Assembly: GCA_947626565.1 (NCBI GenBank)
Contig: CANQSQ010000002.1
Coordinates: 1,003-65,002, forward strand
Source: an uncultured Bacilli bacterium
GTDB taxonomy: Bacteria; Bacillota_I; Bacilli_A; RF39; UBA660
Length of the DNA stretch: 64,000 nt
Reading direction: 5' to 3'
Part shown: piece after piece, positions 19,681-28,185 of the stretch
Layout of the letters: every line of letters begins with the position of its first letter
How positions within the stretch are numbered: the first letter of the stretch is position 1
Notes under the pieces: model-generated
Seen by the model: only the letters and a program-made list of their open reading frames with translations
What the model was told of the DNA's origin: nothing
The model's database searches: none
Made by a program: the position numbers and the translations under genes

Positions 19681-19716
19681 CATCTGAGTCAACGAGAGTT
19701 GAAATCAGATGTTTTT
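19681..19716 (+). terminator. Terminator-like hairpin in the leader of the U32 peptidase genes
   Basis: catctga-g-tcaac-gaga-gttga-aa-tcagatg followed by ttttt. Confidence 0.55.
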
Positions 19717-19738
19717 ATTATAAATTGAGGAGTCGTGT

Positions 19739-20605
19739 ATGAAGTTAGTTGTCGAATATAATGATGTATTAAAAGAAGAAAAAGTTGAAGCTGATGGGAT
19801 AATTGTAGGTTTAAAAGATTTTGCGGTATCTAGTAAAAGGACTTATTCTTTAGAAGAAATAAAAGATATTACGAAGAAATTTGGAGATAAAGAGATATTT
19901 GTAAGTATTAATAAAAATCTTTTTAATGATGAGATTGATGCGTTAAAAGAAATATTAAAAGAGCTAGATAAGTTAAAACTACAAGGAATTATGTTTTATG
20001 ACTTAGCTTTATTGAAATTAAAAAAAGACTTGCATTTGCAAGTAGACTTAGTTTGGAATCAGACACATATGGTAAATAATTATATGACTTGTAATTATTA
20101 TTATGACAAAGGAGTAAAATATGCTATACTAGGAAAAGAAATAACTTTGGCAGAAATAATAGAAATTATTAAACTTAGTAAAATAAAATGTATGGTTGAA
20201 GTGGTAGGTAAGGCTTGTATTGCTTTTTCGAAGAGAAAATTATTAACTAATTATTATAAGGATTTAGATAAAAGGTCTAAAAAGAATTTAGATATTTTAG
20301 AAAAGGTATCTAATACGATGTATGAAGTTGTAGAAGAGACGGCAGGAACTAGTTTTTATCAGAAAGAAATTATGAATGGTTGCGGTGTAATTAAAGAGTT
20401 ATGGGAAAATAATTGTAGTTATATTATTTTTAGAGAGAATGGGTTAGAAGAAATTTTTGAAGAATTAATTAAAGATACTATTACTTATATAAGGAATAAT
20501 TGCCAAGATGAAGCATATGTAAATAAATATAAGGTGTTGGGTGAAAATACTAATTTTTTCTTTAAGAAGACAATCTATAAGGTGAAGAAGAATGAAAAAG
20601 ATTGA
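19739..20605 (+). CDS. U32 family peptidase, YrrN-like (tRNA hydroxylation partner subunit)
   Basis: GIMFYD, LVWNQTH, AILGKEITL, FSKRKLL; overlaps the next U32 gene. Confidence 0.8.
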   Translation: MKLVVEYNDVLKEEKVEADGIIVGLKDFAVSSKRTYSLEEIKDITKKFGDKEIFVSINKNLFNDEIDALKEILKELDKLKLQGIMFYDLALLKLKKDLHLQVDLVWNQTHMVNNYMTCNYYYDKGVKYAILGKEITLAEIIEIIKLSKIKCMVEVVGKACIAFSKRKLLTNYYKDLDKRSKKNLDILEKVSNTMYEVVEETAGTSFYQKEIMNGCGVIKELWENNCSYIIFRENGLEEIFEELIKDTITYIRNNCQDEAYVNKYKVLGENTNFFFKKTIYKVKKNEKD

Positions 20606-21776
20606 GTTATTAGCTCCAGCAGGAGATTTGGAGAGATTAAAAGTTAATTTATTATATGGAGCCGATAGTGTTTATATTGGTGGAGAAAAGTTTAGTTTAA
20701 GAGCTAATGCTACTAATTTTTCGTTAGAAGAAATTAAAGAGGGATGTTGTTTTGCTCATAAGCTGCAAAAAAAGGTTTTTTTAACATTAAATATAGTCTT
20801 TCATAATGAAGATATGGAAGGAGTATTTTCATATATTGATCAAGTTGTAGAAGCTGGAATAGATGCCTTTATTGTAAGTGATCCTTTTATTATTTCTTAT
20901 ATTAAGAAAAAGCATAAGAAGGTGGAAGTACATTTATCAACCCAAAATTCAACAAGTAATTATGAAGCAGTTAATTATTTTAAAGAAGAAGGCGTTGATC
21001 GGGTTGTTTTGGCTCGGGAATTAGGAAAAGAGCAAATAAAGGAAATTATTGAAAAAACCAAGTTAGATGTGGAAGTATTTATTCATGGGGCTATGTGTAC
21101 TTGTTTTAGTGGAAGATGTGCATTATCTAATTATGTGACAAATAGAGATGCTAATAGAGGTGGTTGTAGTCAAGTCTGTCGCTTTGCTTTTAAAACAGAT
21201 GAAGAAAAGGATTTTACATTAGCTACAAAAGATTTGAATATGGCACGTTATATTAAAGATTTAATTAATATGGGAGTGGTATCATTAAAAGTAGAAGGGA
21301 GAATGAGATCTTTATATTATTTAGCAACGGTTATTGGTACTTATAGAGAAATAATTGATCGAATATATGATAATACTTTGACAGAAGATATTATGCAAGT
21401 ACTGGAAGAGAGATTGAATAGAGTTGCTAATAGAGAGGTATCGAGTCATTTCTTTCTAAAAGAAGCTGATTGGACTGATCAGTATTATACAGGTAGAGTA
21501 GAAGTATCTAATCAGGATTTTTTAGGATTAATTACAGGGTATGATGAAGAAAATAAATGTTTAATATTAGTAGAAAGAAATTATTTTGAGCCAGGTGATG
21601 AAGTAGAAATATTTACGCCTGATTTAAAAATTTATTCTTATAAAATAGAAAAAATTTATGATGAGAAGATGCAAGAATTAGAAGTAGCAAGACATCCGGA
21701 GCAAGTATTAAAATTGAAGTTTCCTAAAAAGTTGGCTCAGTATTCGATGATTAGATTAATAAAAAAAGGAAAATAG
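20592..21776 (+). CDS. U32 family peptidase, YrrO/TrhP-like tRNA hydroxylation protein
   Basis: ELLAPAG, HGAMCTCFSGRC, NRGGCSQVCR, SLKVEGRMRS. Confidence 0.92.
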   Translation: MKKIELLAPAGDLERLKVNLLYGADSVYIGGEKFSLRANATNFSLEEIKEGCCFAHKLQKKVFLTLNIVFHNEDMEGVFSYIDQVVEAGIDAFIVSDPFIISYIKKKHKKVEVHLSTQNSTSNYEAVNYFKEEGVDRVVLARELGKEQIKEIIEKTKLDVEVFIHGAMCTCFSGRCALSNYVTNRDANRGGCSQVCRFAFKTDEEKDFTLATKDLNMARYIKDLINMGVVSLKVEGRMRSLYYLATVIGTYREIIDRIYDNTLTEDIMQVLEERLNRVANREVSSHFFLKEADWTDQYYTGRVEVSNQDFLGLITGYDEENKCLILVERNYFEPGDEVEIFTPDLKIYSYKIEKIYDEKMQELEVARHPEQVLKLKFPKKLAQYSMIRLIKKGK

Positions 21777-21788
21777 AGGATTAATAAA

Positions 21789-22910
21789 ATGGATTATAAA
21801 AAAGTAAAGATGAATTTTTTAAATAAAGAAAAGTATTTATCAGAGTTTGCTACTAAGAGTAGTGAAGCTATTAGATTAGAGGAAGAAGTAGAGGATTATC
21901 GTCCCCCTTATTTTCATGATATTGATAGAATAATTCATTCTTATTCTTATACAAGATATTTGGATAAGACCCAGGTTTTTACAAGAATGGGTAATGATCA
22001 TGTTAGTAAGCGGATTACCCATGTTCAATTAGTTAGTAAAATAGCTAGAACGATTGGAAGAGCTTTAAATTTAAATGAAGATTTAATAGAAGCTATTGCT
22101 TTGGGACATGATATAGGTCATACACCTTTAGGTCATATGGGTGAAGCATTATTAAATGAAATATCACGTAAGGAATTAGGAGAATATTTTGCCCATAATA
22201 TTCAAGGTGTAAGACATTATATGGTAGTAGAAAATTTTGGTAAGGGGTTAAATCTTAATATTCAAGTTTTAGATGGTATAATGTGTCATAATGGAGAAAT
22301 GTTAAGTAATATTTATAAACCAGTACCTAAAAGTAAAGAGGAATTTTTAAAAGAGTATCAAGATAGTTATAAAGATTTACAGGCAGCTAATAAGATTCCA
22401 CCAATGACACTAGAAGGTTGTGTAGTAAGAATTAGTGATATTATTGGTTATATAGGTAGAGATATAGAAGATGCTATAATGATAGGTAAGTTAAAAAGAG
22501 AGCAAATTCCTGAAGAAATTAGAAATGTTTTAGGGGATAATAATCGAGATATTGTTAATAATATAATCAATGATATTATTACAAATAGTTTAGATAAACC
22601 TTATATAAAGTTAAGTGATGAAGTTTTTAAAGCTTTATTTGAATTAAAGAAATTTAATTACGCAAATATTTATAAATATAGTTTAACTGATTTAGAAAGA
22701 GAATATTATCGAAAGGGAATGAATAAGATTTTTTATAGCTATTTAGATGACTTAGAAAAAGAAAATAAAGATAGTATTATTTATCAAATATTTTTAGATT
22801 ATCAAAGTAAAGAATATTTGGAAAATAATTCTAATAAAAGAAAAGTTATTGATTTTATAGCTGGAATGACTGATGAATTGTTTATAAATCAAGTAAAAAA
22901 ACTTGCATAA
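21789..22910 (+). CDS. HD-domain dGTP triphosphohydrolase-like protein
   Basis: DIDRIIHS, KTQVF, RITH, LGHDIGHTPLGH, DFIAGMTD. Confidence 0.9.
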   Translation: MDYKKVKMNFLNKEKYLSEFATKSSEAIRLEEEVEDYRPPYFHDIDRIIHSYSYTRYLDKTQVFTRMGNDHVSKRITHVQLVSKIARTIGRALNLNEDLIEAIALGHDIGHTPLGHMGEALLNEISRKELGEYFAHNIQGVRHYMVVENFGKGLNLNIQVLDGIMCHNGEMLSNIYKPVPKSKEEFLKEYQDSYKDLQAANKIPPMTLEGCVVRISDIIGYIGRDIEDAIMIGKLKREQIPEEIRNVLGDNNRDIVNNIINDIITNSLDKPYIKLSDEVFKALFELKKFNYANIYKYSLTDLEREYYRKGMNKIFYSYLDDLEKENKDSIIYQIFLDYQSKEYLENNSNKRKVIDFIAGMTDELFINQVKKLA

Positions 22911-23009
22911 AATGATTTATAGTGCTATAATATGGCTGGTTTTGGGAGAGATAATTTTAAGTAAAAAATACTAAAATTATTGCATTGAGATAAAAAATAT
23001 GCTATACTA
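22903..23009 (+). promoter_or_regulatory. Tandem SigA-type promoters upstream of greA
   Basis: TTGCAT-17-TATAAT (22903-22931) and TTGCAT-17-TATACT (~22980-23008), both with a TG extension. Confidence 0.6.
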
Positions 23010-23070
23010 TAGCGAGTTGAGTAAATATGGTAAGCTCATTTTAATTAATTATTTATAGAGGTGATAATTT

Positions 23071-23541
23071 ATGGGAAATAAAAATACAGTATATTTAACT
23101 CAAGAAGGTTTAGAAGAATTAAAGAATGAGTTAGACAACTTAATAAATGTAAAACGTCCTGAGAATATTCAGGCAATAAAAGAAGCAAGAGCTTTGGGTG
23201 ATTTATCAGAAAATGCCGAGTATGATGCTGCTCGTAATGAACAAGCTGTAATAGAGGCTAGAATTAAACAATTAGAAAAAATGTTAGAAAATGTTTCAAT
23301 AATTGCTGATGTTTCTAAAGATAAAGTAGGAATTGGTAATACTGTTTCTATAAAGTATGTTGATGATGATGAAGAAGATGAATATAAAATAGTTGGAAGT
23401 CAAGAAGCAGATCCATTTGAAAGCAGAATTTCTAATGAAAGTCCAATAGCACAAGCTTTATTTGATCATAAAGTTGGAGATATTGTAACAGTTGAAAGTC
23501 CTAATGGAAGTTATGATATCGAAATAATTGATATCCAATAA
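23071..23541 (+). CDS. greA: Transcription elongation factor GreA
   Basis: ARALGDLSENAEYDAAR, ISNESPIA. Confidence 0.98.
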   Translation: MGNKNTVYLTQEGLEELKNELDNLINVKRPENIQAIKEARALGDLSENAEYDAARNEQAVIEARIKQLEKMLENVSIIADVSKDKVGIGNTVSIKYVDDDEEDEYKIVGSQEADPFESRISNESPIAQALFDHKVGDIVTVESPNGSYDIEIIDIQ

Positions 23542-23543
23542 AT

Positions 23544-23570
23544 GAAAGATTGTCTTAAACAATCTTTTTT
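23544..23570 (+). terminator. greA terminator
   Basis: gaaagattgt-cttaa-acaatctttttt. Confidence 0.7.
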
Positions 23571-23619
23571 GTTGATAAAATATAGTGTAATTTGATATAC
23601 TACTAGAGTAGGAGAACGT

Positions 23620-23790
23620 ATGAGAAAAGAAAAAGAATATAAAGATGCGAAAATGTTTTTTGGTATTGCTACAGTGGTATTGTTAATAGGATGTATTACA
23701 ATGTTTCTGTTAATTGCAAATGTTGATATAAATACAAATAAAAACAAAGAAACACCGGAAATAAAAATAATTTATAAGATAGATAAATAG
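23620..23790 (+). CDS. Small single-TM protein (56 aa), not in ORF track
   Basis: Extended -10 (tgatatact), RBS aggaga, MRKEKEYKDAKMFFGIATVVLLIGCITMFLLIANVDINT...IDK*, followed by hairpin aaatagtattt...aaatactatttt. Confidence 0.7.
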   Translation: MRKEKEYKDAKMFFGIATVVLLIGCITMFLLIANVDINTNKNKETPEIKIIYKIDK

Positions 23791-23892
23791 TATTTGAAAA
23801 AGAAATACTATTTTTTTATAAAAGATACTTTAAAAAAAAAATAAAATAATGTATACTAAAGTAGGAGAATAAGATAAAGAGGGTGTCTAAAG

Positions 23893-25455
23893 ATGGTAAT
23901 TAGAAAACCATATGCATTTTTAATTAAAAACTTTAAGAAAATACATATCTTCTTATTTTTATTGTGTGCCTATATTTATTATAAAGTATTTCAAACTAGT
24001 GGTTTTGTAACACAATTTATGGAATTGAGAAGTTATGATTCTTATAATGAACCTATTAGTAGATATATATCCTTTCTAGGATATTTATGTTTATTATTAA
24101 TTATTATTAGTAATATAGCTTTAGCCTTACTATTAAGACATAAAAATAAACCTTGGAAGTTATATTTATTTCCTGTAATTGTTTATTCAGGAATATTTTT
24201 TGCGTTTGTTTGGACGGCAGGCTATTTTAATAGTTATTTAGGTGATACAGAGACAACTAATATAAGAATGATTAGTGATTTGCTCTTTATTTTGTCTTTA
24301 TTGCAGTATCCTACTTTTTTAATACTATTTATAAGAATATTTGGAGTAGATTTAAAGAAATTTAATTTTAATCAAGATCAAGAATTTTTAGATTTAAGTA
24401 GTGAAGATAGAGAAGAATTTGAAATAAGTATTGATATTGATAAAGAATCATTTAGGAGATTATATAAAAGAACACTTAGAAACTTAGATTATGTTTACCG
24501 AGAACATAAACTTATTTTTAATACTGTGTTTGTGATAATTTTTCTTATTATATTAAAAAATATGTATGTTTATGTATTTATAACTAATAGAGCTTATAAA
24601 CAAGGAGATACTTTTAATGCCAATGGTTATACTATTACAATTAATAAGTCATATTATACGGATAAAAATTATGCTGGAAAAGTAATTACTAAGAATAACG
24701 CATTTGTAATTGTTGATATGACAATTAAAAATAATGAAGGTCCAAGAAAAGTGAATTTAGCTAATTTTCATGTGTTTAATGGCGTTAATAATTATGGTAA
24801 CAGTACAAAGTTATATGCTTTAGACTTTGAAGACTTAGGAACAACAATGGATAGAGTACAAGAGTTAAAAAGAGATCAAAGTATTAATTTAATAGAAATA
24901 TATCGAGTAGATAAAAAATTACCCCTTAAGAGGTTTGTTTTATATTATCAAGAATTAGAAGGAGATCAACATTTAAGAAAGATAAGGCTTAATATTGAAG
25001 ATTTATCAAAGATAAATACTAATGAAGAGGCCAGCCTAGGAGAGAGTCAATATTTTGATTATAAAGGTGAAGAAGAGGAAATTTCTTTTGATGATGTACA
25101 ATTTTTGGATAGTGTAAATTATATAACAAGAATATGTAATACATCAAAGTGTGAAAATAGTAGTAGTCTTTATAATGCTAAAGAGGGACAAAAGATTTTA
25201 TATCTATCTTATGCTTCCTTAGAATTAGATGGTAAAGATATGTTAGATTTTACGTTAAAATATGCTAAGTTACGTTATGAAGATAAAAATGGAGATTTAA
25301 AGACGGCAGAGGTTAATAAGAGTTTTAATACTAGATATTATGGTAAATACTTATATTTAAAGGTACCTACGGAAATGGAAAAATCACCAACCTTACAATT
25401 GATTTACACTATTAGAAATAATCAATATATATATAATTTAAAAGAAATAGAATAA
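23893..25455 (+). CDS. Hypothetical polytopic membrane protein with large extracellular C-terminal domain
   Basis: Four N-terminal TMs, an acidic loop, a fifth TM, then a beta-rich domain; RBS gagggtg. Confidence 0.75.
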   Translation: MVIRKPYAFLIKNFKKIHIFLFLLCAYIYYKVFQTSGFVTQFMELRSYDSYNEPISRYISFLGYLCLLLIIISNIALALLLRHKNKPWKLYLFPVIVYSGIFFAFVWTAGYFNSYLGDTETTNIRMISDLLFILSLLQYPTFLILFIRIFGVDLKKFNFNQDQEFLDLSSEDREEFEISIDIDKESFRRLYKRTLRNLDYVYREHKLIFNTVFVIIFLIILKNMYVYVFITNRAYKQGDTFNANGYTITINKSYYTDKNYAGKVITKNNAFVIVDMTIKNNEGPRKVNLANFHVFNGVNNYGNSTKLYALDFEDLGTTMDRVQELKRDQSINLIEIYRVDKKLPLKRFVLYYQELEGDQHLRKIRLNIEDLSKINTNEEASLGESQYFDYKGEEEEISFDDVQFLDSVNYITRICNTSKCENSSSLYNAKEGQKILYLSYASLELDGKDMLDFTLKYAKLRYEDKNGDLKTAEVNKSFNTRYYGKYLYLKVPTEMEKSPTLQLIYTIRNNQYIYNLKEIE

Positions 25456-25557
25456 TTCAATAAAAGTCATTTGACTTTTTAGGCAATTATGATAAAATTA
25501 GATATAAGGATATTAGAGGATTGGATAGACTTGGTAGTATTTTAAGAGGAGAATATT

Positions 25558-27354
25558 ATGAATAAAAAGGTTAAGAAAGTTTTGAAATTAGTAATAACCG
25601 TTGTTATTATTGGTTTATTTGTATGGTTTTTAGTAATTAATCCTTTCTTGAAGTTTAAAGACTATGAAAAGACGATGACTGAGGCAGCTGAAAGATATTT
25701 TAGACATAATGAAAATGAGTTACCTACTGGTGAGAGAGTAAAGTCAATATCGTTGCAAGATTTGTATTATAAGGCTTATGTAAAAGAAGATTTTTATATT
25801 CCTTATACTAAGAGTCCTTGTTCTTTAACAGAAAGTTGGGTTAAAGTAAAAAGAGAAAATGGTGAATATAAATATTATACATATTTACAATGCGGCGTTT
25901 TATCTTCAACTATTGATCATAAGGGACCAACGATTACTTTGAATGGTGAAAGTAAAGTACGGGTAAGTAAAAATGAAAAATTTGAAGATCCGGGCGTAAA
26001 AAGTGTCGTAGATAATAATGATGGCAAGATAGATGAAAAGGAAGTTACGATAAAAGGAAAAGTTGATACTAGTAAGACAGGAACTTATGAAATAAGATAT
26101 ATTGCTTTTGACAGCTTAAATAATAGAACAGAAGTAAAAAGAGAAGTTGAAGTAGTAGAAGTACTTAAGTCAACAATTAAAGAAGCTACCAAAGATAAAG
26201 GCTATTATAGTGGAGAAAATCCAAATAATTATATTTATTTTTCAAGTATGCTATTTAGAATAATTGGTTTAGATGGTGAAAATGTAAAAATAGTAGCAGA
26301 TAGTGATATTGCTAATGTCAATTATAATGGTATTGATAAATGGTTAGATGATTATTTTTATAGTCATTTGAGTAAAGAATCAAAAAAATTAATTGTAGAA
26401 AATAAGTATTGTAATCAACAGGTAGATGATAATAGCTTAAAAATTGATAAATGTAGTTCTTATACAAGTAAAAGAAAAGTATATATTCCTTCAGTGATAG
26501 ATGTAAATAAGGCTCAAGGTAGTGATGGTAACTTTATGAGACCATTGACAATGAGTTGGGTTGCAAATGCTAAAGATAAGGATATGGCCTATATAACAAG
26601 AAGTTACTTTGTTTCTGGTTCTAATGTCGATTTAGAATTTATGAGTTTTGAGAAAAAGTATAATTTTGGAGTAAGACCAGTTATTACAATAAAAGGTGAT
26701 GCATTAATTACTGATGGTGATGGTAGTAGAAATAATCCTTATCGCTTAGGTGATGTAAAGAAAGCCGAGGCTAAGGAAAAAGTAAGTGATAGATATAGTG
26801 GTGAATATATAAAACTTTCAGGAATGACTTGGAGAATAATAGAAGGCGAAAGTGATGGAACTACTAAGATTATAGCAACTACTGCGTTAGCTCGTGGAGG
26901 ACAAGTTATTTTAACAAATTATGAAGATGATGGAGCTGTTAGTTATAATCCTAAGGAGAAAGGTAATATAGGTTATTATATAAATAATAGTTTATCAGAA
27001 TATATTGATAGTTCTTACTTTACTAATAAACAAATAGAAGTTCCAATCTATAAAAGTGTTTCTAGTTATGGTGGAGAAGTAAATACTAAGAAGTATAAAG
27101 TAAAATTCTCAGCACCTAATATGTATGATATGTTTAGTGCTGCCGATAGCAATGTTTATGGTTCATATTGGTTGATTAATTCTTCAAATGATGAATTAGT
27201 ACGAAATGGTATTTCACAAGTAGGAGTTGTGATGTATGGTGATATGGCTATAACAATGGATTTCGGAATTAGAGTTGTTGGTTACTTAAAGGATGGTTGT
27301 ACAATAGTTAAAGGTGACGGTACATATGATAATCCTTATACAATTGCAAAGTAG
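25558..27354 (+). CDS. Membrane-anchored surface protein with DUF5011 Ig-like and two DUF6273-like domains
   Basis: PTITLNG...FEDPG...VDTSKTGTYEI (DUF5011); FRIIG/WRII and GVRPVI...GDGS..NPY occurring twice. Confidence 0.75.
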   Translation: MNKKVKKVLKLVITVVIIGLFVWFLVINPFLKFKDYEKTMTEAAERYFRHNENELPTGERVKSISLQDLYYKAYVKEDFYIPYTKSPCSLTESWVKVKRENGEYKYYTYLQCGVLSSTIDHKGPTITLNGESKVRVSKNEKFEDPGVKSVVDNNDGKIDEKEVTIKGKVDTSKTGTYEIRYIAFDSLNNRTEVKREVEVVEVLKSTIKEATKDKGYYSGENPNNYIYFSSMLFRIIGLDGENVKIVADSDIANVNYNGIDKWLDDYFYSHLSKESKKLIVENKYCNQQVDDNSLKIDKCSSYTSKRKVYIPSVIDVNKAQGSDGNFMRPLTMSWVANAKDKDMAYITRSYFVSGSNVDLEFMSFEKKYNFGVRPVITIKGDALITDGDGSRNNPYRLGDVKKAEAKEKVSDRYSGEYIKLSGMTWRIIEGESDGTTKIIATTALARGGQVILTNYEDDGAVSYNPKEKGNIGYYINNSLSEYIDSSYFTNKQIEVPIYKSVSSYGGEVNTKKYKVKFSAPNMYDMFSAADSNVYGSYWLINSSNDELVRNGISQVGVVMYGDMAITMDFGIRVVGYLKDGCTIVKGDGTYDNPYTIAK

Positions 27355-27366
27355 GTGTTGTGGTAA

Positions 27367-28185
27367 ATGAAAAAAATTAGTAAAAAAGTCAACAATAATA
27401 CAACTAATGTATTGTTGTTGACAGTAATAGTTGTTATCATCTTAATGATAAGTAGCTTTTATATAATTAAAGAATTAAATATAGTTAACTATTATAAGTT
27501 GGAATCGAGAATTGATGATTTAGCAAAAGCCAAAAAAGAAGATCCTAAAGATGAAGAATATGTTACAGAGGGATGGTTAAAAGTTCAAGGTACGAACATT
27601 GATTATCCGGTAATATATGGACCTAATTATGATTTTTCATATAAAACAGATAATTTTGTATGGACAGAGGCCTTATATGATGATTTAAATAATATAACTT
27701 ATATTTCGGGACATAATATTTTGAATTTATCAATTAATCCGACAATAGCTGATAAAGATCATACAAGATTTGAACAGTTGATGAGTTTTACTTATTTGGA
27801 TTTTGTAAAAGATAATAAGTATATTCAATATTCACTTAATGGTAAAGAATATATTTTTAAGATATTTGCTGTATCTTATCCAGATAATGATGATTTAGAT
27901 TTATTTAATGAAAAAGAATATACCAGTAAGGAAATGAAAAGTTATATTAAAAACGCCTTAGATGAAAGTATATATGATTTTGATATAGATGTTAATGAAA
28001 AAGATAAAGTAATTTCCTTAGTTACATGTACACGAATGTATGGTTATGATAAATCATTTAAAGTTGACGCTAGATTAGTTAGAAATGGGGAGAAGATAAC
28101 TAATTATGGTGTTCAAGAAAATGATAATTATAAAGAGTTAGAAAACGTTATGAAAGGTGGTAATGTAGATGAAAGCAAAGCATAA
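27367..28185 (+). CDS. Class B sortase-like protein
   Basis: GWLKVQGTNIDYPV, ISGHN, YIFKIFAV, ISLVTC. Confidence 0.8.
   Translation: MKKISKKVNNNTTNVLLLTVIVVIILMISSFYIIKELNIVNYYKLESRIDDLAKAKKEDPKDEEYVTEGWLKVQGTNIDYPVIYGPNYDFSYKTDNFVWTEALYDDLNNITYISGHNILNLSINPTIADKDHTRFEQLMSFTYLDFVKDNKYIQYSLNGKEYIFKIFAVSYPDNDDLDLFNEKEYTSKEMKSYIKNALDESIYDFDIDVNEKDKVISLVTCTRMYGYDKSFKVDARLVRNGEKITNYGVQENDNYKELENVMKGGNVDESKA

Noticed and set aside
22932-22965. 10-codon ORF (MAGFGRDNFK) between the greA promoters
   Set aside because: No RBS or distinctive codon content; expected by chance.
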